A DNA stretch of 63,904 nucleotides, filler included, from Octopus bimaculoides (taxonomy: Eukaryota), in assembly GCF_001194135.2 (NCBI RefSeq). It is 6 parts of 6 records of this genome, joined end to end, with 100 filler letters (N's around TTAATTAATTAA, not from the genome) between each part and the next. Parts side by side here need not be neighbours in the genome. Positions count along the whole stretch, not along the records: positions 1 to 16,018 come from NC_068987.1; positions 16,119 to 40,134 come from NC_068984.1; 4 more parts are not named here. One strand, written 5' to 3'. Positions 12,574 through 25,060 of this stretch are shown here, in pieces. How positions within the stretch are numbered: the first letter of the stretch is position 1; every line of letters begins with the position of its first letter. The notes under the pieces are model-generated. The model saw only the letters and a program-made list of their open reading frames with translations. It did not search any database and was not told where the DNA came from. The position numbers and the translations under genes are program-made.

Positions 12574-13381
12574 AGTTATAATATATTAATAGGTATTCAC
12601 TCTATGTTAATTGGTGCACTGACTGGTTAACATCCTCTCTCTTAGAAAGCTTTCTCCATTCAAATTTTCTTGCTTTGTTACCAGGCTAAGCTGTCGAACT
12701 ATACTGACCACAGTTCAAAACTTTATCCATTGTGTTGTGACCTTGAACAAGGCGATATCTCTGCCAAGTCCAGTTTGCTTGATTAAAGAAAAACAGGTAC
12801 CACCTCTCCATACTTCATAGTTGAATGGCTAGTTAATAGAAGAAAAGTGGGACCTCACCCTATTATAAAAACGAAGAGATAATAAATGACTGTTCGAGCA
12901 GAAAACACAAGTAAACACTGGAAAATAGATGTAATAAGAAAAGTTCATACAGGACCACATAGTTAAGTAAAAAAGAAGCAAAACAGAAATCCGTGCTGGT
13001 GCTGCGGCTGCTGTTTCTTACAGTGATGTGCTGTACTGGTGTACACCTGTAAGGTACCTACGTATACCGAGATGCACGGGGCTGTTGATACTTGTTTTTA
13101 GTGAGAACGATGATGCCAGAATACTAACCGTTGATCCTTTGGTGGGAAGCCAACCAGTTTTAGATCTTGACTTGAGTGATGTGCGGTGTGGTGTTCTGTC
13201 AGCGCGCGCGACTGTGTGTGTGTGTGCGCGCGCTCGTTCGCGTGCGTTTGCGCTTGTGTTTTAACCAACGAGAGAGAGCCTCTATGTCAGGGCAGGGACA
13301 GCCTTTTACGAGAAGCGGAGGATCTTTACCTGCCGGCCAAAGGGTAAAGATCCTTTGAAATCAATATATTATAACTCACCA

Positions 13382-13556
13382 AGGCGGTGAGCTTCGCAGA
13401 AATGTTAGTACGCCGGGCAAAATACTTTCCAGCATTTCGTCCTCCGGGGTCGACTTTGCTTTGATCGATAAAATAGCTGTCAAGCACTGGGATCGATGTA
13501 ACTGACTTATACCCTCCTCCAAAATTGCTGGCCTTGTGCCAAAATTTGAAATCAAT
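13382..13556 (+). mobile_element. SINE family A, tail A2, internally deleted
   Basis: Head ggcggtgagct; tail gctggccttgtgccaaaatttgaaatcaat. Confidence 0.85.
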
Positions 13557-13627
13557 ATATATTTATTAACACTCAGTAACTTTACACATCAAGCTATTTA
13601 TTCAGAAAACAGTTTGTACAAACGATT

Positions 13628-13954
13628 ACTCTTTACTCTTTTATACTCTTTTATTTGTTTCAGTCATTTGACTGCGGCCATGCTGGAGCACCGCCTTTAG
13701 TCGAGCAAATCGACCCCGGGACTTATTCTCTGTAAGCCTAGTACTTATTCTATCGGTCTCTTTTGCCGAACCGCTAAGTTACGGGGACGTAAACACACCA
13801 GCATCGGTTGTCAAGCAATGCTAGGGGGATAAACACAGACACACAAACACACACACACATATACATACATATATATACATATATACGACGGGCTTCTTTC
13901 AGTTTCCGTCTACCAAATCCACTCACAAGGCTTTGGTCGGCCCGAGGCTATAGT
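13628..13954 (-). mobile_element. SINE family B (head in gap)
   Basis: Tail tgtttcagtcatttgactgcggccatgctggagcaccgcc; internal (CA)/(TA) tract. Confidence 0.9.
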
Positions 13955-14195
13955 NNNNNNNNNNNNNNNNNNNNNNNNNNNNNNNNNNNNNNNNNNNNNN
14001 NNNNNNNNNNNNNNNNNNNNNNNNNNNNNNNNNNNNNNNNNNNNNNNNNNNNGCTAGCCACGACATTTACTTTAATACTCTCTACAACCAACAGAATTTG
14101 TATTACTTTCGTAGCTTAGTTTTACAATTTGTAGTGGAATGTTGTGGAATTGTGTCGCGAATTAGACCGTAGAAATGCAACGAAACGCACATGCG

Positions 14196-14247
<52 letters not shown>

Positions 14248-14299
14248 CACGCACACACACGATAACAATGACGTTCTTCATCATCTTGAAGTTCTCTTT

Positions 14300-14720
14300 T
14301 TTTCTCACTGACCACCATTACGGCTTCGGTAAAACCAAATCCACTGGAGACTTACTCTCTTATATAACACACTAGTCTGCTCTCGCTTGAGAGAACTTCG
14401 CCGAAAGCTATGTTATTGCTCTCGATATTAGCAAAGCTTTTGAGCATATCTAGCATGAAAATCATCTTTGAAAATGTTCCTCCTACAGACTCCACCCTCC
14501 TCTCATCTCCTGGCTCGGCAGCTTAGTATCAGATGGCACCATCGGTTTATATTCTGACGATGTTCTTTCTACTCCACTCTCGATCAACTCCGTTGTTCTC
14601 CGGGGTTCTGTTCTAGTCTCACTCGTTTTTCAAAATTCAATAACCTACGTACCATCACATTCAATAGCACCCACTTATATGCAGATGGTACAACCTTTTA
14701 TTCCTCTCTAACTTTCCATC
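14300..14720 (+). mobile_element. Degenerate CR1/L2/Jockey-group reverse-transcriptase fragment
   Basis: Conceptual translation HYGFGKTKSTGDLL...ALDISKAF...RGSVL...LYADGTT with stops. Confidence 0.8.
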
Positions 14721-15049
14721 TGAGATGAGGTGTGGAGTTTACTTGAAATCACTCAACAGCAAAACAATGACTTCACTCATGATTTTGACTTCAGCGATCT
14801 AGATGTTCAGATGCATGGAGACTTTGAGAACTCTTATTTCTACCCTTCAGAACCTATATTTATCAAGATCCTTTGCAATTATTGCACATAGGACTGGTGT
14901 CGTATGCAAATTTTGATACTGTAAAAGCAAGATGAACAGCGCTGCCACCTGTGAACAAAGTTCCACTAGAAGTTCAAGGAAAACTATTCCTCACGAGCCA
15001 GATGTCAGCAATTATTAAATCTATGGATAAGGTTTAAATATCTTTGTTT

Positions 15050-15254
15050 TTATCTTTTATCTTTTACCTGTTTCAGTCATTAGACTGCGGCTATGCTATG
15101 CTGGGGCACCGCCTTGAAGAATTATTAGTCGAAAGAATCGACCCTAGTACATTTTTTTAAAAAGTCTGGTACTTACTCTATCGGTCTCAGTCACCAAACT
15201 GCTAAACTACGGGGACGCCAACACCGGTTGTTAAGCGGTGGAAGAACAAACAAA

Positions 15255-15289
<35 letters not shown>

Positions 15290-15449
15290 GACGGGTTTTT
15301 TTTTTCAGTGCCCATCAACGAAATCTACTTAGAAGACTTTGGTCGGCTCGAGGCTATAGTGGAAGAAACTTGCTCAAGGTGTCACGCAGTGCGACTGAGT
15401 CCGGAACCTTGTGGTTGGGAAGCAAACTTCTTACCACACAGCCACGCCT
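15050..15449 (-). mobile_element. Near full-length SINE family B
   Basis: Head, core, internal (CA)n and tail all present. Confidence 0.9.
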
Positions 15450-15609
15450 ATGTATCTGTATTACAATAGCAAAAAATTGTGCAAATATAAAGAGACACCT
15501 ATGTGTCATATTTATCGGATATATGCTGTTGACAGGCAGGGTTTCACGGTTTTCGTACGATGTAAAATCTCGAAGACATGGTCTGTTAAAAAAAACAAAA
15601 CACAATACA

Positions 15610-16018
15610 TACTGGAAGGAGAAAGAAAATCGTCTCGGCAGCAGCTAGGGAGGACTCCAGATGAATTTCAGAGGTTGGTCTTTGCTGGACCAGAACGAGT
15701 GCGAGATTTCGGAACCGAAGCAGATGTATGCAGCCTTTCAGCAGCACTTTGCTCAATTGTTCGGGACGACGGAACAGACTTCGGTGTGTACCTAGACGGC
15801 CTGCCGCAACTCTCGACCAGCGAGGCCGAGTGCTGAGAAGGACCCATATCTGCCTGGGAAGTACAGGAAGCGATGAAGGGCTGCACGAGAGGTAGATCGC
15901 CGGGTTTGGATGGTCTGCCTTACGAACTTTATACGTCAATGCCAGACTTGTTTGCGGGCGTCTTGGCAAACGTCTACTGCAACTGGCAACAAAACGGAAG
16001 AATTCCTGCTTTTGTTTG
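15610..16018 (+). mobile_element. L1/Tx1 ORF2 fragment (pre-RT/RT domain 0), runs into gap
   Basis: EGPISAWEVQEAMKGCTRGRSPGLDGLPYELY, matching the L1/Tx1 K.PG.DG.P.E motif; in-frame stop. Confidence 0.85.
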
Positions 16019-16062
16019 NNNNNNNNNNNNNNNNNNNNNNNNNNNNNNNNNNNNNNNNNNNN

Positions 16063-16074
16063 TTAATTAATTAA
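16063..16074. other. Assembly spacer TTAATTAATTAA between 44-N runs (also at 40179-40190, 54826-54837, 58471-58482, 62309-62320)
   Basis: Identical 12-mer with stops in all six frames, centred in 100-bp N blocks. Confidence 0.95.
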
Positions 16075-16118
16075 NNNNNNNNNNNNNNNNNNNNNNNNNN
16101 NNNNNNNNNNNNNNNNNN

Positions 16119-16154
<36 letters not shown>

Positions 16155-16190
16155 CACATATACATATATATATGTGTGTGTGTGTGTGTA

Positions 16191-17240
16191 CGAGGTGGTA
16201 TGAAAAAGTTCTCGGACTAATTCTGTAGCGCACCACCAAATAGCAGCACATGCTAGCGTACGCAGTAAGAGCTAGCAGTGACCTTATGAGGTAGTGTGCT
16301 GAGTGACATCGCTGTGTTTACTTTGCAAGTTGTGAAATTTGTGTTTGTGTGATCACGTGTATGCTGTATTCAGCGATTTTGTTATGGACAGGAAGTTGGA
16401 AGAAAGAGCCATTTTGTGTTAGCTTTAGGAAGTCTTTTACAAGACATTGAACAAGTTTCGGCAAGCTTACGGTGATGAGGCAATGGGTTGTACGCAATGT
16501 TTCGAGTAGCACGGGCGCTTCAAAGGCGGAAGAACGTCCCTGGAATACGATAAGCAGTCTGGTAGACGATGAGTGATCTGTAAGATTTGTTACAAGCCTC
16601 ATGCCCGGAAATGCGGAGAAAATTCATCAGCTTGTTCATGAGGATCGTCGGAGGACAATCAACGACATTGCTGATGTTGTTGTTCTATCTTATGGGTCCG
16701 TGCAGGCAATCCTAACGTCTGAATTGAATATGCAGCGTGCCAAGTTTGTCCCTTGTCTGCTGACCACTGAGCAGAAAGACCATCGCATCGAAGTCTATCA
16801 AGATCTCCGTCAGCGTGCCGCTGATGTCCCATCCTTCATATCGAGAATCATCACCAGTGACGAGAGTTGGGTCTACGAGTACGACCTGAAACAAAGCAAA
16901 AGTCGTCACAATGGAAGAGGCTTTCATTTCCACGACCGAAGAAGGAACGACAGAGCCGCAACTCAATCGGGAGCATGCTTATCGCTTTTTTTTTTTTTCG
17001 ACATACGCGATATTGTTCATCGAGAATTCATCCCCCAAGGTCAGACAGTCAATCGGGAGTTCTTCTCCGGCGTTCTGAAGAGTTTGAGGGAGAACATTTG
17101 GTGAAAGTGACCGGATCTATAGAGCGCGAAGAATTCACCGGGTTTAGCACCGGGTTTAGCACCTGCAGACTCCCATCTCTACCCCAAGATGAAAATGCAG
17201 CTCAACAGTCGCCATTTTAACAACGTTGTCGTGATCCTCT
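16191..17240 (+). mobile_element. Mariner (DD34D-type) transposon remnant with disrupted transposase
   Basis: Left TIR (TA)cgaggtggtatgaaaaagttc; HTH DRRRTINDIA, AKFVPCLLT, IITSDESWVYEY and LAPADSHLYPKMK motifs; frameshifts; no right TIR seen. Confidence 0.93.
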
Positions 17241-19289
17241 AACTTTAATCGATTTTCAAAATAGAACAATCAACCATCCCAAATCTGTCAGAAAAGAGAG
17301 CGATAAAAATGTAAGCACACTTCCGAGATCATCGCCTCCATCATCTCTCATGTATATAAAACCGAAAACATGTACAGTTTAAAAACAATCTAAAATTGCA
17401 GTTTGAGAATTTTTTTAGTTTCTCTAAACTAATGTTAACCTTTATGGCGACGATAGGTAAAACAACAGCAACAACAACTCTCAAATTAAAGGTTATCGAG
17501 GATATCACTAACTATGAAAAGATGTGATAAAACATATTACACAATCACTATATGTTTGTATCCAACATCTATCAATTTTTCAGATTTTTTTTTCTAATCT
17601 CGCAAACAACAATCCCAAATATCCAAACCTCTTGTTATTTAGATAATTTGATAAATAATATAAAGATACGAAATAATAATGATCACTCTGATACAACACC
17701 TGGAAGATACCTGATGTGTATATAGTAATGAACGAAACGTGAGTCATTTAACTGGATAACAAAACACGAGAAAAATGTCACCAACATTCTTCAGTGCAAC
17801 AACATGCACCGTAGAACTGGATACTTAGAAACCCTTTTATAGTGCAACGTGAACTGCGTATTACGAAAAAGAAAACTTTCGAAAAGATGGAGTGGTATTA
17901 CACTTCACACACAAGTAAATTAATAGCTCTTAAAACATGAACACTAAGAAAATAAACTCTGAAACATGGACTCAAATCGCTGAGTGAAAAAAAAATCTAC
18001 TACCAAAAACGGCCAACACACCATCATTAATTCCAGGTTTTCTTTAACCACAAGCTGTATAATGTAAGATTAAAGAAAGCAAATTCTCTCTAAAAATAGT
18101 CTCTGTTTCAAAATCTTAAATAATTTAGATCTAAGATCTGAAAGGAAAACTATTTCAAAAACTAATGTATTATTGCTGCAAGGAATCAAGTCTGAATACT
18201 GCATCAGCTACCAGCAGTAAAAACATATAACTAACTCTGAAACTTTCACCAAACCCGTGGCCATGAAACTTGATTGGCTGAAATCTGGTACAAGATGTTG
18301 ACCTTTTACAAAAAGTCAGTCATTTGAATATTTAAATGATCTGTGGAAGACTAAATTGTCATGCCCGACTGGCTTATCATAGCATAGAGAAATTTTGTAG
18401 TTAAAAATCAAAATACACTTGACAAACTGTTTCAATTCCTTCAAAACTAATGCAAATTTAACAAGGTAATGACTAATGAGCAGGTAGATTAAAAGAAGGA
18501 AATGTGGGCATCTACCCAACCGTCATTGTGTCGTCTAAAGTCAAGAGAAATAAACACAAACTTTATAACAGCAAATTTTTGACTACTACTCACTCATAAC
18601 TGTCCGACTCACTACGTTTGATAAGAATACATGCTTCCCTATTTACTGTCATTTGAAATCTCATAATAACCATTCGGTCATACCTAATGTGTTCCGCCAC
18701 AGATAGAAACAACAATGTAACTTATAATTTATTTATTAACGATCTAATGATCTTCACTGGCAATACATACAAGACTGAGAAGCAGATAGATTCTAATAAC
18801 TTTTTCAGCTGAAATAGAGATGGAATTTTACCAAAAGAAATATTTGTATTTGACAGTTAAACGTGGGAAATAATTCATATCAATTTTCACTATTTCGTCA
18901 GAGGAGTAGAAAGAGTGCTGGAAAGAAATGTATGGCTGTAAAGGGCAGCTATTCGTGAAACGCACTGTTACAGAAGGAAGTAAAAAGAGAGAAGGAAACG
19001 TTAACATGACTTGGATTTGTAGTATACACACTTTTAGATATATGACACATATCACACAAAGCAGCGCAAATACTAACTAGGAACATAGACCATGATGCAT
19101 CAGAATAAAAAAAAACAACCATATAATTAGAAGGCAAAGACAAAATAATTAAAGCTAGCCAAGTACTCATAAGAAAGGTAATCTTTCATGAAGATTACTT
19201 ATCCGTTTACATATCTGATAAGCTTTGGCTCCATTAACCAGCCTGTTGTATGAAACTCCCAATGCCTATAGATACTTGGGACAAATAGC

Positions 19290-19560
19290 GGACTTGAAAA
19301 TATTTGTAATGGACAACTTAGTTCGAAAACTGATTAAATATTGTTCATAAATTGAGCCAAGACATAAAAGTGTATGGGATGAAACAAATGTGTGAAATCT
19401 ATAATCAAAAGAGATAAATTAATAAAACTTAGAATATTAATGTCGATGCGGACACCAAAATTAGAGAACTAGACTAGAAACCACACATACAAAAATGTAG
19501 GAATGAGCGAAAGTGATACGATACAACACAAAAATGAGGAAGAAATTAGAAAAGGTTGCT
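19290..19560 (+). mobile_element. Highly degenerate R4/Dong-like RT fragment
   Basis: KLSQDIKV..G...C resembles the FSxDIxMEFGLxKC segment seen at 24550-24590. Confidence 0.45.
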
Positions 19561-21001
19561 ACAGAAGAATCATACTTTTATTTTAAAACAGTGCTAGAAA
19601 TTTGTAGGAATGCAAAAATATTTAAGAGCAAACAAATAGAAACTGCTTAGTATAATAAGAAATGAGGAAGAAACTAAAGAAAATATTTTTCTCTATATAC
19701 AAGGACAAAATGAAGTACAACCTACGAATTTTAGATAAGGATAAATTAAGAGGAAAGGGAGAAAATAAACAAAAGACAAAATCAAAACGGAATTCTAAAA
19801 TAAATTAAAGAAGAAAATTTATTCCATGGCTAGTATACAACATAATTCCCCAGAGAGAACCAGAATGAAGCTAACAATGGTTTAAAAGTCTTGGAGTTAA
19901 GTAGAAACCGGAACTGTGAAGTTAGCTGTAAATAACCTATAGCTAGCCACGTAAAAACTGATATGAAGTGGTATAAACATATACGCAATACGATACCTAG
20001 CGACCAGGTCATATTCATCTGATTCATGGCTGTCCAGACTGACAAGGAGATCAGGGCTCACCGCCAATATATACATTTGTCAAAGACTGAAACGAAACTC
20101 TGTATCCTGAGAGATATCTCGATCTTAGTCTGAATTTAGAGAAACAAAATACAAGCATCTTGAAAATGAAATAAAAGTATGTGGGACATGAATGTAAAAA
20201 CAGGAAGACTACTCCATCTTCATTGGAAAACTTCATATGATTTAAAGAGAAAACATAAACAAAAACATACAACTCCTACATGATCCAAATATAGTCCTGC
20301 TCTGTACAGCTTACATCCTGTTGAATTGCACAACTTAAAAAGTACTGTCTCTGCAAACATCCTTTACCTTATATAATCACCATCCAATAAAATAATAAAA
20401 TAGAATCAAACCTAATTGAGGAGTTAGGCAGAAACACTAGAGAACTTCTAGTAACGTTTACTAGTTGTATCCAACTCAAGGCTGATATAGATAAAATATA
20501 CCTACTCAGCATAAAGAGATCTGTATATATACAGGCCTTCTGATCCAAATGGAAAACTTCTACGTAATAACAGTGTTATTAGAGCACATACTGTACAGAA
20601 TCACTGCTAAACAATATAAATCAAGACATGCAACACATACTCTGCACAATCAACGCCACTGCCAGCAAAATAACATAGCATACTCTCATATAATCAATAT
20701 CCGACACTATAACTTCAACAACTCCCATTCTACACAGTTACTAACCATGTAACTCAACCCTCACAACATATACCAAACACAAACACCTGACACGAACGCC
20801 AACAAAATAATGCCAGCTCATATTGCACAAATCTACACAGCCGGTGAAGCATTAAAACAACACCATAACACTAAAAGTTCCACAATAAATCAAAAGTGAA
20901 GTGGTTTACCAACACAACCCTATATCCCAAAACGCACAAGGGTGCACCTGATGGAGCAGTAAAAACTGGACGGAGGAAGAGGAGGGGAGGAGGATGTGGC
21001 A

Positions 21002-21062
<61 letters not shown>
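21002..21062. repeat. (GAT)n microsatellite
   Basis: Direct inspection. Confidence 0.95.
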
Positions 21063-21064
<2 letters not shown>

Positions 21065-21240
21065 GTTTCTAAATAAGATGCAAAGCTTATAAATCTGTGG
21101 AGAAAGAATAATTAATTATATCTACTCTTGTGCTTGATTGGTTCTTTTTTTATTGACCTTAGAAGGATGAAAAACAGTTGACCTCAGCGGGATTTTAACT
21201 CAAAACGTAAAGAAAAGGCCGGAATAAATACATTGGTATT
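21065..21240 (-). mobile_element. Degenerate SINE family A
   Basis: gaaggatgaaaaacagttgacctcagcgggattttaactcaaaacg. Confidence 0.7.
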
Positions 21241-21259
21241 TTATTCGATGTGAAAGATC

Positions 21260-22480
21260 CCCGCATCTTCTGCGGCACGATTCCTCAACTATGAAGAGAC
21301 CGCTGTCGTTTTCTGTAGTGACAATCTATCACGTACTCTTCCGTCATGTCTTATTTCAATCAACGCTGTTTTGATTCGTCTATCGCCTTAAATCAAGTAA
21401 GTTTGGGTTCTCCTTTACAAATATTGTAATTTTCATGGTGACGGGCGTCTCTTCAGCCCCTTACTTGCTTTTTGTCCTTTATTTATTTATTTATTATTTT
21501 ATTGTCGCAATTTTCACTTCTTACTGTCTTCTACAGTTTCCACCCTTCATAAGTTTTTATCTTCTTCGGTCGTTGCAGAATAGTGGTATTGTATTGCTCT
21601 TTGTAATTTCTGGCCGGTCCTGTATCGGAAGATGAGAACCTTGGGTTCTGCATTGTCGTTGGACTCTGGTTCTGATAGCATTTAGGTTGAGTTAATTTCA
21701 TTTGTTTTTACTCTGGCTCTGCTGGAAGCTGCAACCACCCATCCTCTTGAACGAGCAGTAGCAGTAACCATAGTCTGCTTCATGCTATTGCTGTTGTCTT
21801 GACTCCTGTCTGCTGGCTTGCTTTTTTCCATTGCTCTTCCTCTTCTTGGTTGAAGGCCCTCTTATGTGGTCTTTACCACCACGGGTGTAGCAGCTGGACA
21901 TTCACGCCAGTGTTAACAGTCTGATTGGCCTTCTCGTCGCTCCTTAAATTAAGTACAACTTTTGTATTGCTTTGGGATACTTGGAAACTCTACCAAAATC
22001 TTGAGGTGTATACAAACCCCACCCGAACCCACGGTGTTGTGTGCCACCTCCCATCTCATCTTGTATCCTTACTGCTAAGCAAATATGATGACCAGTTAGT
22101 GCAAACGTCCTCGCAAATATCTTTGGCCTTGACTTTGATGATCCTAATGCCGCTCCACTGAGGTATCAATTTTGAGTAGACGTTTGCCGCACAAGCACTG
22201 CCTGTTTCCGCCTGATTCTCGATAATGCGCTTCTGTATGCATTGTTCCGGTCGATAGAACACACATCTTACCATATATCGATCAAAGATTCCTCCAACTC
22301 CTCTTTCAAAGGCATTTAGAAAACCCATCTGAGTTTTGAAAAACTATGCTCTTCCTTCCAGCCCTTTCCTGGATAAATTGATGAAGCAAGGACACACTAT
22401 ATTTTGTGATACACCTCGTCTTTTTCTACTCCTTTTTGTGCTTGCTTAAGTTGTATTGATACCTTTAACCACAACATTTG
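21260..22480 (-). mobile_element. Degenerate LINE ORF1 (probably L1/Tx1) remnant
   Basis: Minus-strand conceptual protein with stops: GIRIIKVKAKDICED..., zinc-knuckle-like C..HWRECP, basic/Ser-rich linker, ENPNLLDLRR. Confidence 0.5.
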
Positions 22481-22739
22481 CGGAATATTTCATTGTTATT
22501 ACTGGTGGTACTATGGTTGCTATTCATATTTGTCTTTGTTTCTCCACCCCACCCCCGTTAAATTAATGTTTCCATCATTTTCCTTTCACCTTCCATTGTA
22601 CATGCTTAAGCCTGAAGTTCCATTTGTATATTTGATATTTCATATTCGCTGAACACTTATGTTTAAAGAAATCTACAATTTCATTCAAATAACATGAATT
22701 TCAATTATATCATAATGTTCTCGCCATAAGAAGGTATGT

Positions 22740-22825
22740 GAGAGAGAGAGAGAGAAAGAGAGAGAGAGAAAGAGAGAGAGAGAAAGAGAGAGAGAGAGAA
22801 AGAGAGAGAGAAAAAGAGAGAGAGG
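22740..22825. repeat. (GA)n microsatellite
   Basis: Direct inspection. Confidence 0.9.
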
Positions 22826-23109
22826 GGTACAATGGCAACGACTCCACAATATTTAAAAAGGACGACAGCATCGTCATTCAAACAGTCACTAATGTTGTTG
22901 CCATAGCAACCAAAATCATTTACAAGATTGTCAAAGCCAAGACTACAAAACCACGCCAAGGTAATGCAGATTAGACAACTTAATTTAGGTACAAGGCCAG
23001 CAGATTTTGAGGGTAGTGGGTTAGTCAATTGTATCAATCTTAGTTGTTATTTTATCGGCCCCTCAATGGGATTTGAACTCAAAATGTAAAGAGCCGGAAC
23101 AAATACCGC

Positions 23110-23125
23110 AATAATAATGATAATA

Positions 23126-23211
<86 letters not shown>

Positions 23212-23212
23212 C
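23110..23212. repeat. (AAT)/(GAT)/(AAT) microsatellite, tail of the adjacent SINE
   Basis: Direct inspection. Confidence 0.95.
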
Positions 23213-23392
23213 CTTTCTATTATAGGCGCACGGCCAAAAATTTGGGAGAGATGATACGGGATTATATCGACTCTAGTGCTTAACTGGTACTTATTCTATC
23301 AACCCTGTAAGACTGAAAGGCAAAGTCGACCGCGGTGGAATTTGAACTCAGAACGTAAATGCTGCTAAGCATTTTGTCCGGAGTGTTAAGGA
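23210..23392 (-). mobile_element. SINE family A, tail A3
   Basis: Tail aatcctttctattataggcgcacggcc; B-box ggaatttgaactcagaac. Confidence 0.85.
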
Positions 23393-23404
23393 TGGTACTG
23401 TAAT

Positions 23405-23572
23405 AATGAGATTAATAATTGGATGTTGAATGTCTCCCACGATAATTAACAACCAAATATCAAAGCTTATAATGTGCGCAAAGAGATCCTGTGAGACCTC
23501 TGACAGCAGATTGCTGTCCGCTGTCACAAAATCTACCAGAATAAACAAGACCGAGTGCTTTGAGAAGTAAAA
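23405..23572 (+). mobile_element. R4/Dong-like LINE 3'UTR (heavily 5'-truncated copy)
   Basis: Homologous to 36410-36569; followed by (TAG)n. Confidence 0.85.

Positions 23573-23644
<72 letters not shown>
23573..23644. repeat. (TAG)n microsatellite
   Basis: Direct inspection. Confidence 0.95.
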
Positions 23645-23645
<1 letters not shown>

Positions 23646-23646
<1 letters not shown>

Positions 23647-25060
23647 AAAGCTGATGAAAGTCGACTTTTTGCAGGTAAGATATGGAGTAAGCAAGAACAA
23701 CATAATACTACAGCTGAATGGCTCTGCAAACTAAGGCAAACAACTTTTTATCCTCAACAAGAGCCTATCCACTTCACAGAAGACAGTATCAGAAATATGA
23801 GTAAAAAGATAAGCAATCAGAAGGACCTGATGGTGTACAGGGATTTAGTTTACATAAACTGATCGCAGAGCAATTTCATGCATTGATCAACGAAGAAGAA
23901 ATCTCGGGCTGGTTGACAGAAGGATGCATGGTGTTGTGCTTAACGGATGCATCAAAGGGAAATACTGCTGATAATTACAGACCAATTTCTTGCCTCCCAT
24001 TAATGTGGAAGTTACTGTCAGGAGGAATTGCAGAAGAACTGTGTAACTTTCTTGATGAGAAAGATATAACGCCGAAACAAAAAAGGTTATAGTAGAAGAT
24101 GCAGAGGTACCAAAGATCAGCTATGAATAGAGAAAATGTTAATGCAAGATTGTAAACGAAGGAGAATAAATCTGGGAATGGCTTGGATTGACTATCGCAA
24201 AGCTTATGATATGATTCCATATTCGTGGCTCATCGAGTGCTTAGATTGCGAGGAATGTAATGTGTTTTTTCAAGAGAAGTATGGTGGAATGGAAAACTGA
24301 ACTGACATCTTACGGAAAAACTTGGGCACCCTAGGTATTAGAGGAGGGATTTTCCAGGGTGATAGCCTATCTCCATTGTTTTTTGTTCTCTGCATGATAC
24401 CCCTAACCCTGGTGCTTAGGAAAATGAACCTGGAGTACCAACTAAAGGAAAAATCTCAAACAATCAACCACCTCTTCGTGGATGATTTGAAACTGTATGG
24501 CAAAGATGAGACTCAAGTGAGTTCCTTGTTGAACACGGTTCACTGTTTTAGTACTGATATTAGAATGGAATTTTAACTCAAGAAGTGCGAAATAATCTAC
24601 CTAAAAAGAAGCAAGGTACAGTCCCTAGCGGGGACAGAATTACCGAACAGAGACCTGATTAAGTAAATTGAAAAGGAAGGATACAAATACCTTGGGGCAC
24701 TAGAGTTCAACGAGATAATGGAAAAGGAAATGAAAGAGCAACTGAGGATGGAGTATTTCCGAAGACTGAGGTTGGTGTTGCGCTCAAAATTGACTGAATG
24801 GAATAAAATTCAAGCAGTTAACATGTGGGCGATAACATCACTTCGGTATGGAGCGGGAATCATAAAATGGCAAAAGAGAGAAGTGAAGAATAGGGATACC
24901 AAGACCAGAAAAATGCTGACAGTACACGGAGCGGAGCCTTCCACCCTAAGAGTGACACCGATAGGCTGTACTTGTCCAGAAGAAAGGGTGGGGGAGGTTT
25001 AATCGGTTGCCAGGACTGTATCGAAGCAGAAGAAAACAGCCTAGGGTGGTATATAAAAAT
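23646..25060 (+). mobile_element. R4/Dong-like (RLE-type) non-LTR retrotransposon RT region, pseudogenised
   Basis: NYRPISCLPLMWKLL, WIDYRKAYD, GIFQGDSLSPLFF, HLFVDDLKLY, YKYLG and LRYGAGII motifs with stops and frameshifts. Confidence 0.92.

Noticed and set aside
14724-14891. Acidic frame DEVWSLLEITQQQNNDFTHDFDFSDLDVQ, superficially like the FH2 lasso region
   Set aside because: Needs a rare GAG acceptor, has no good donor before the stop, and abuts LINE debris; more likely a DNA-transposon fragment.
17650-19250. Possible Penelope or LINE coding remnants
   Set aside because: Only vague peptide resemblance across many stops; no motif I could name with confidence.
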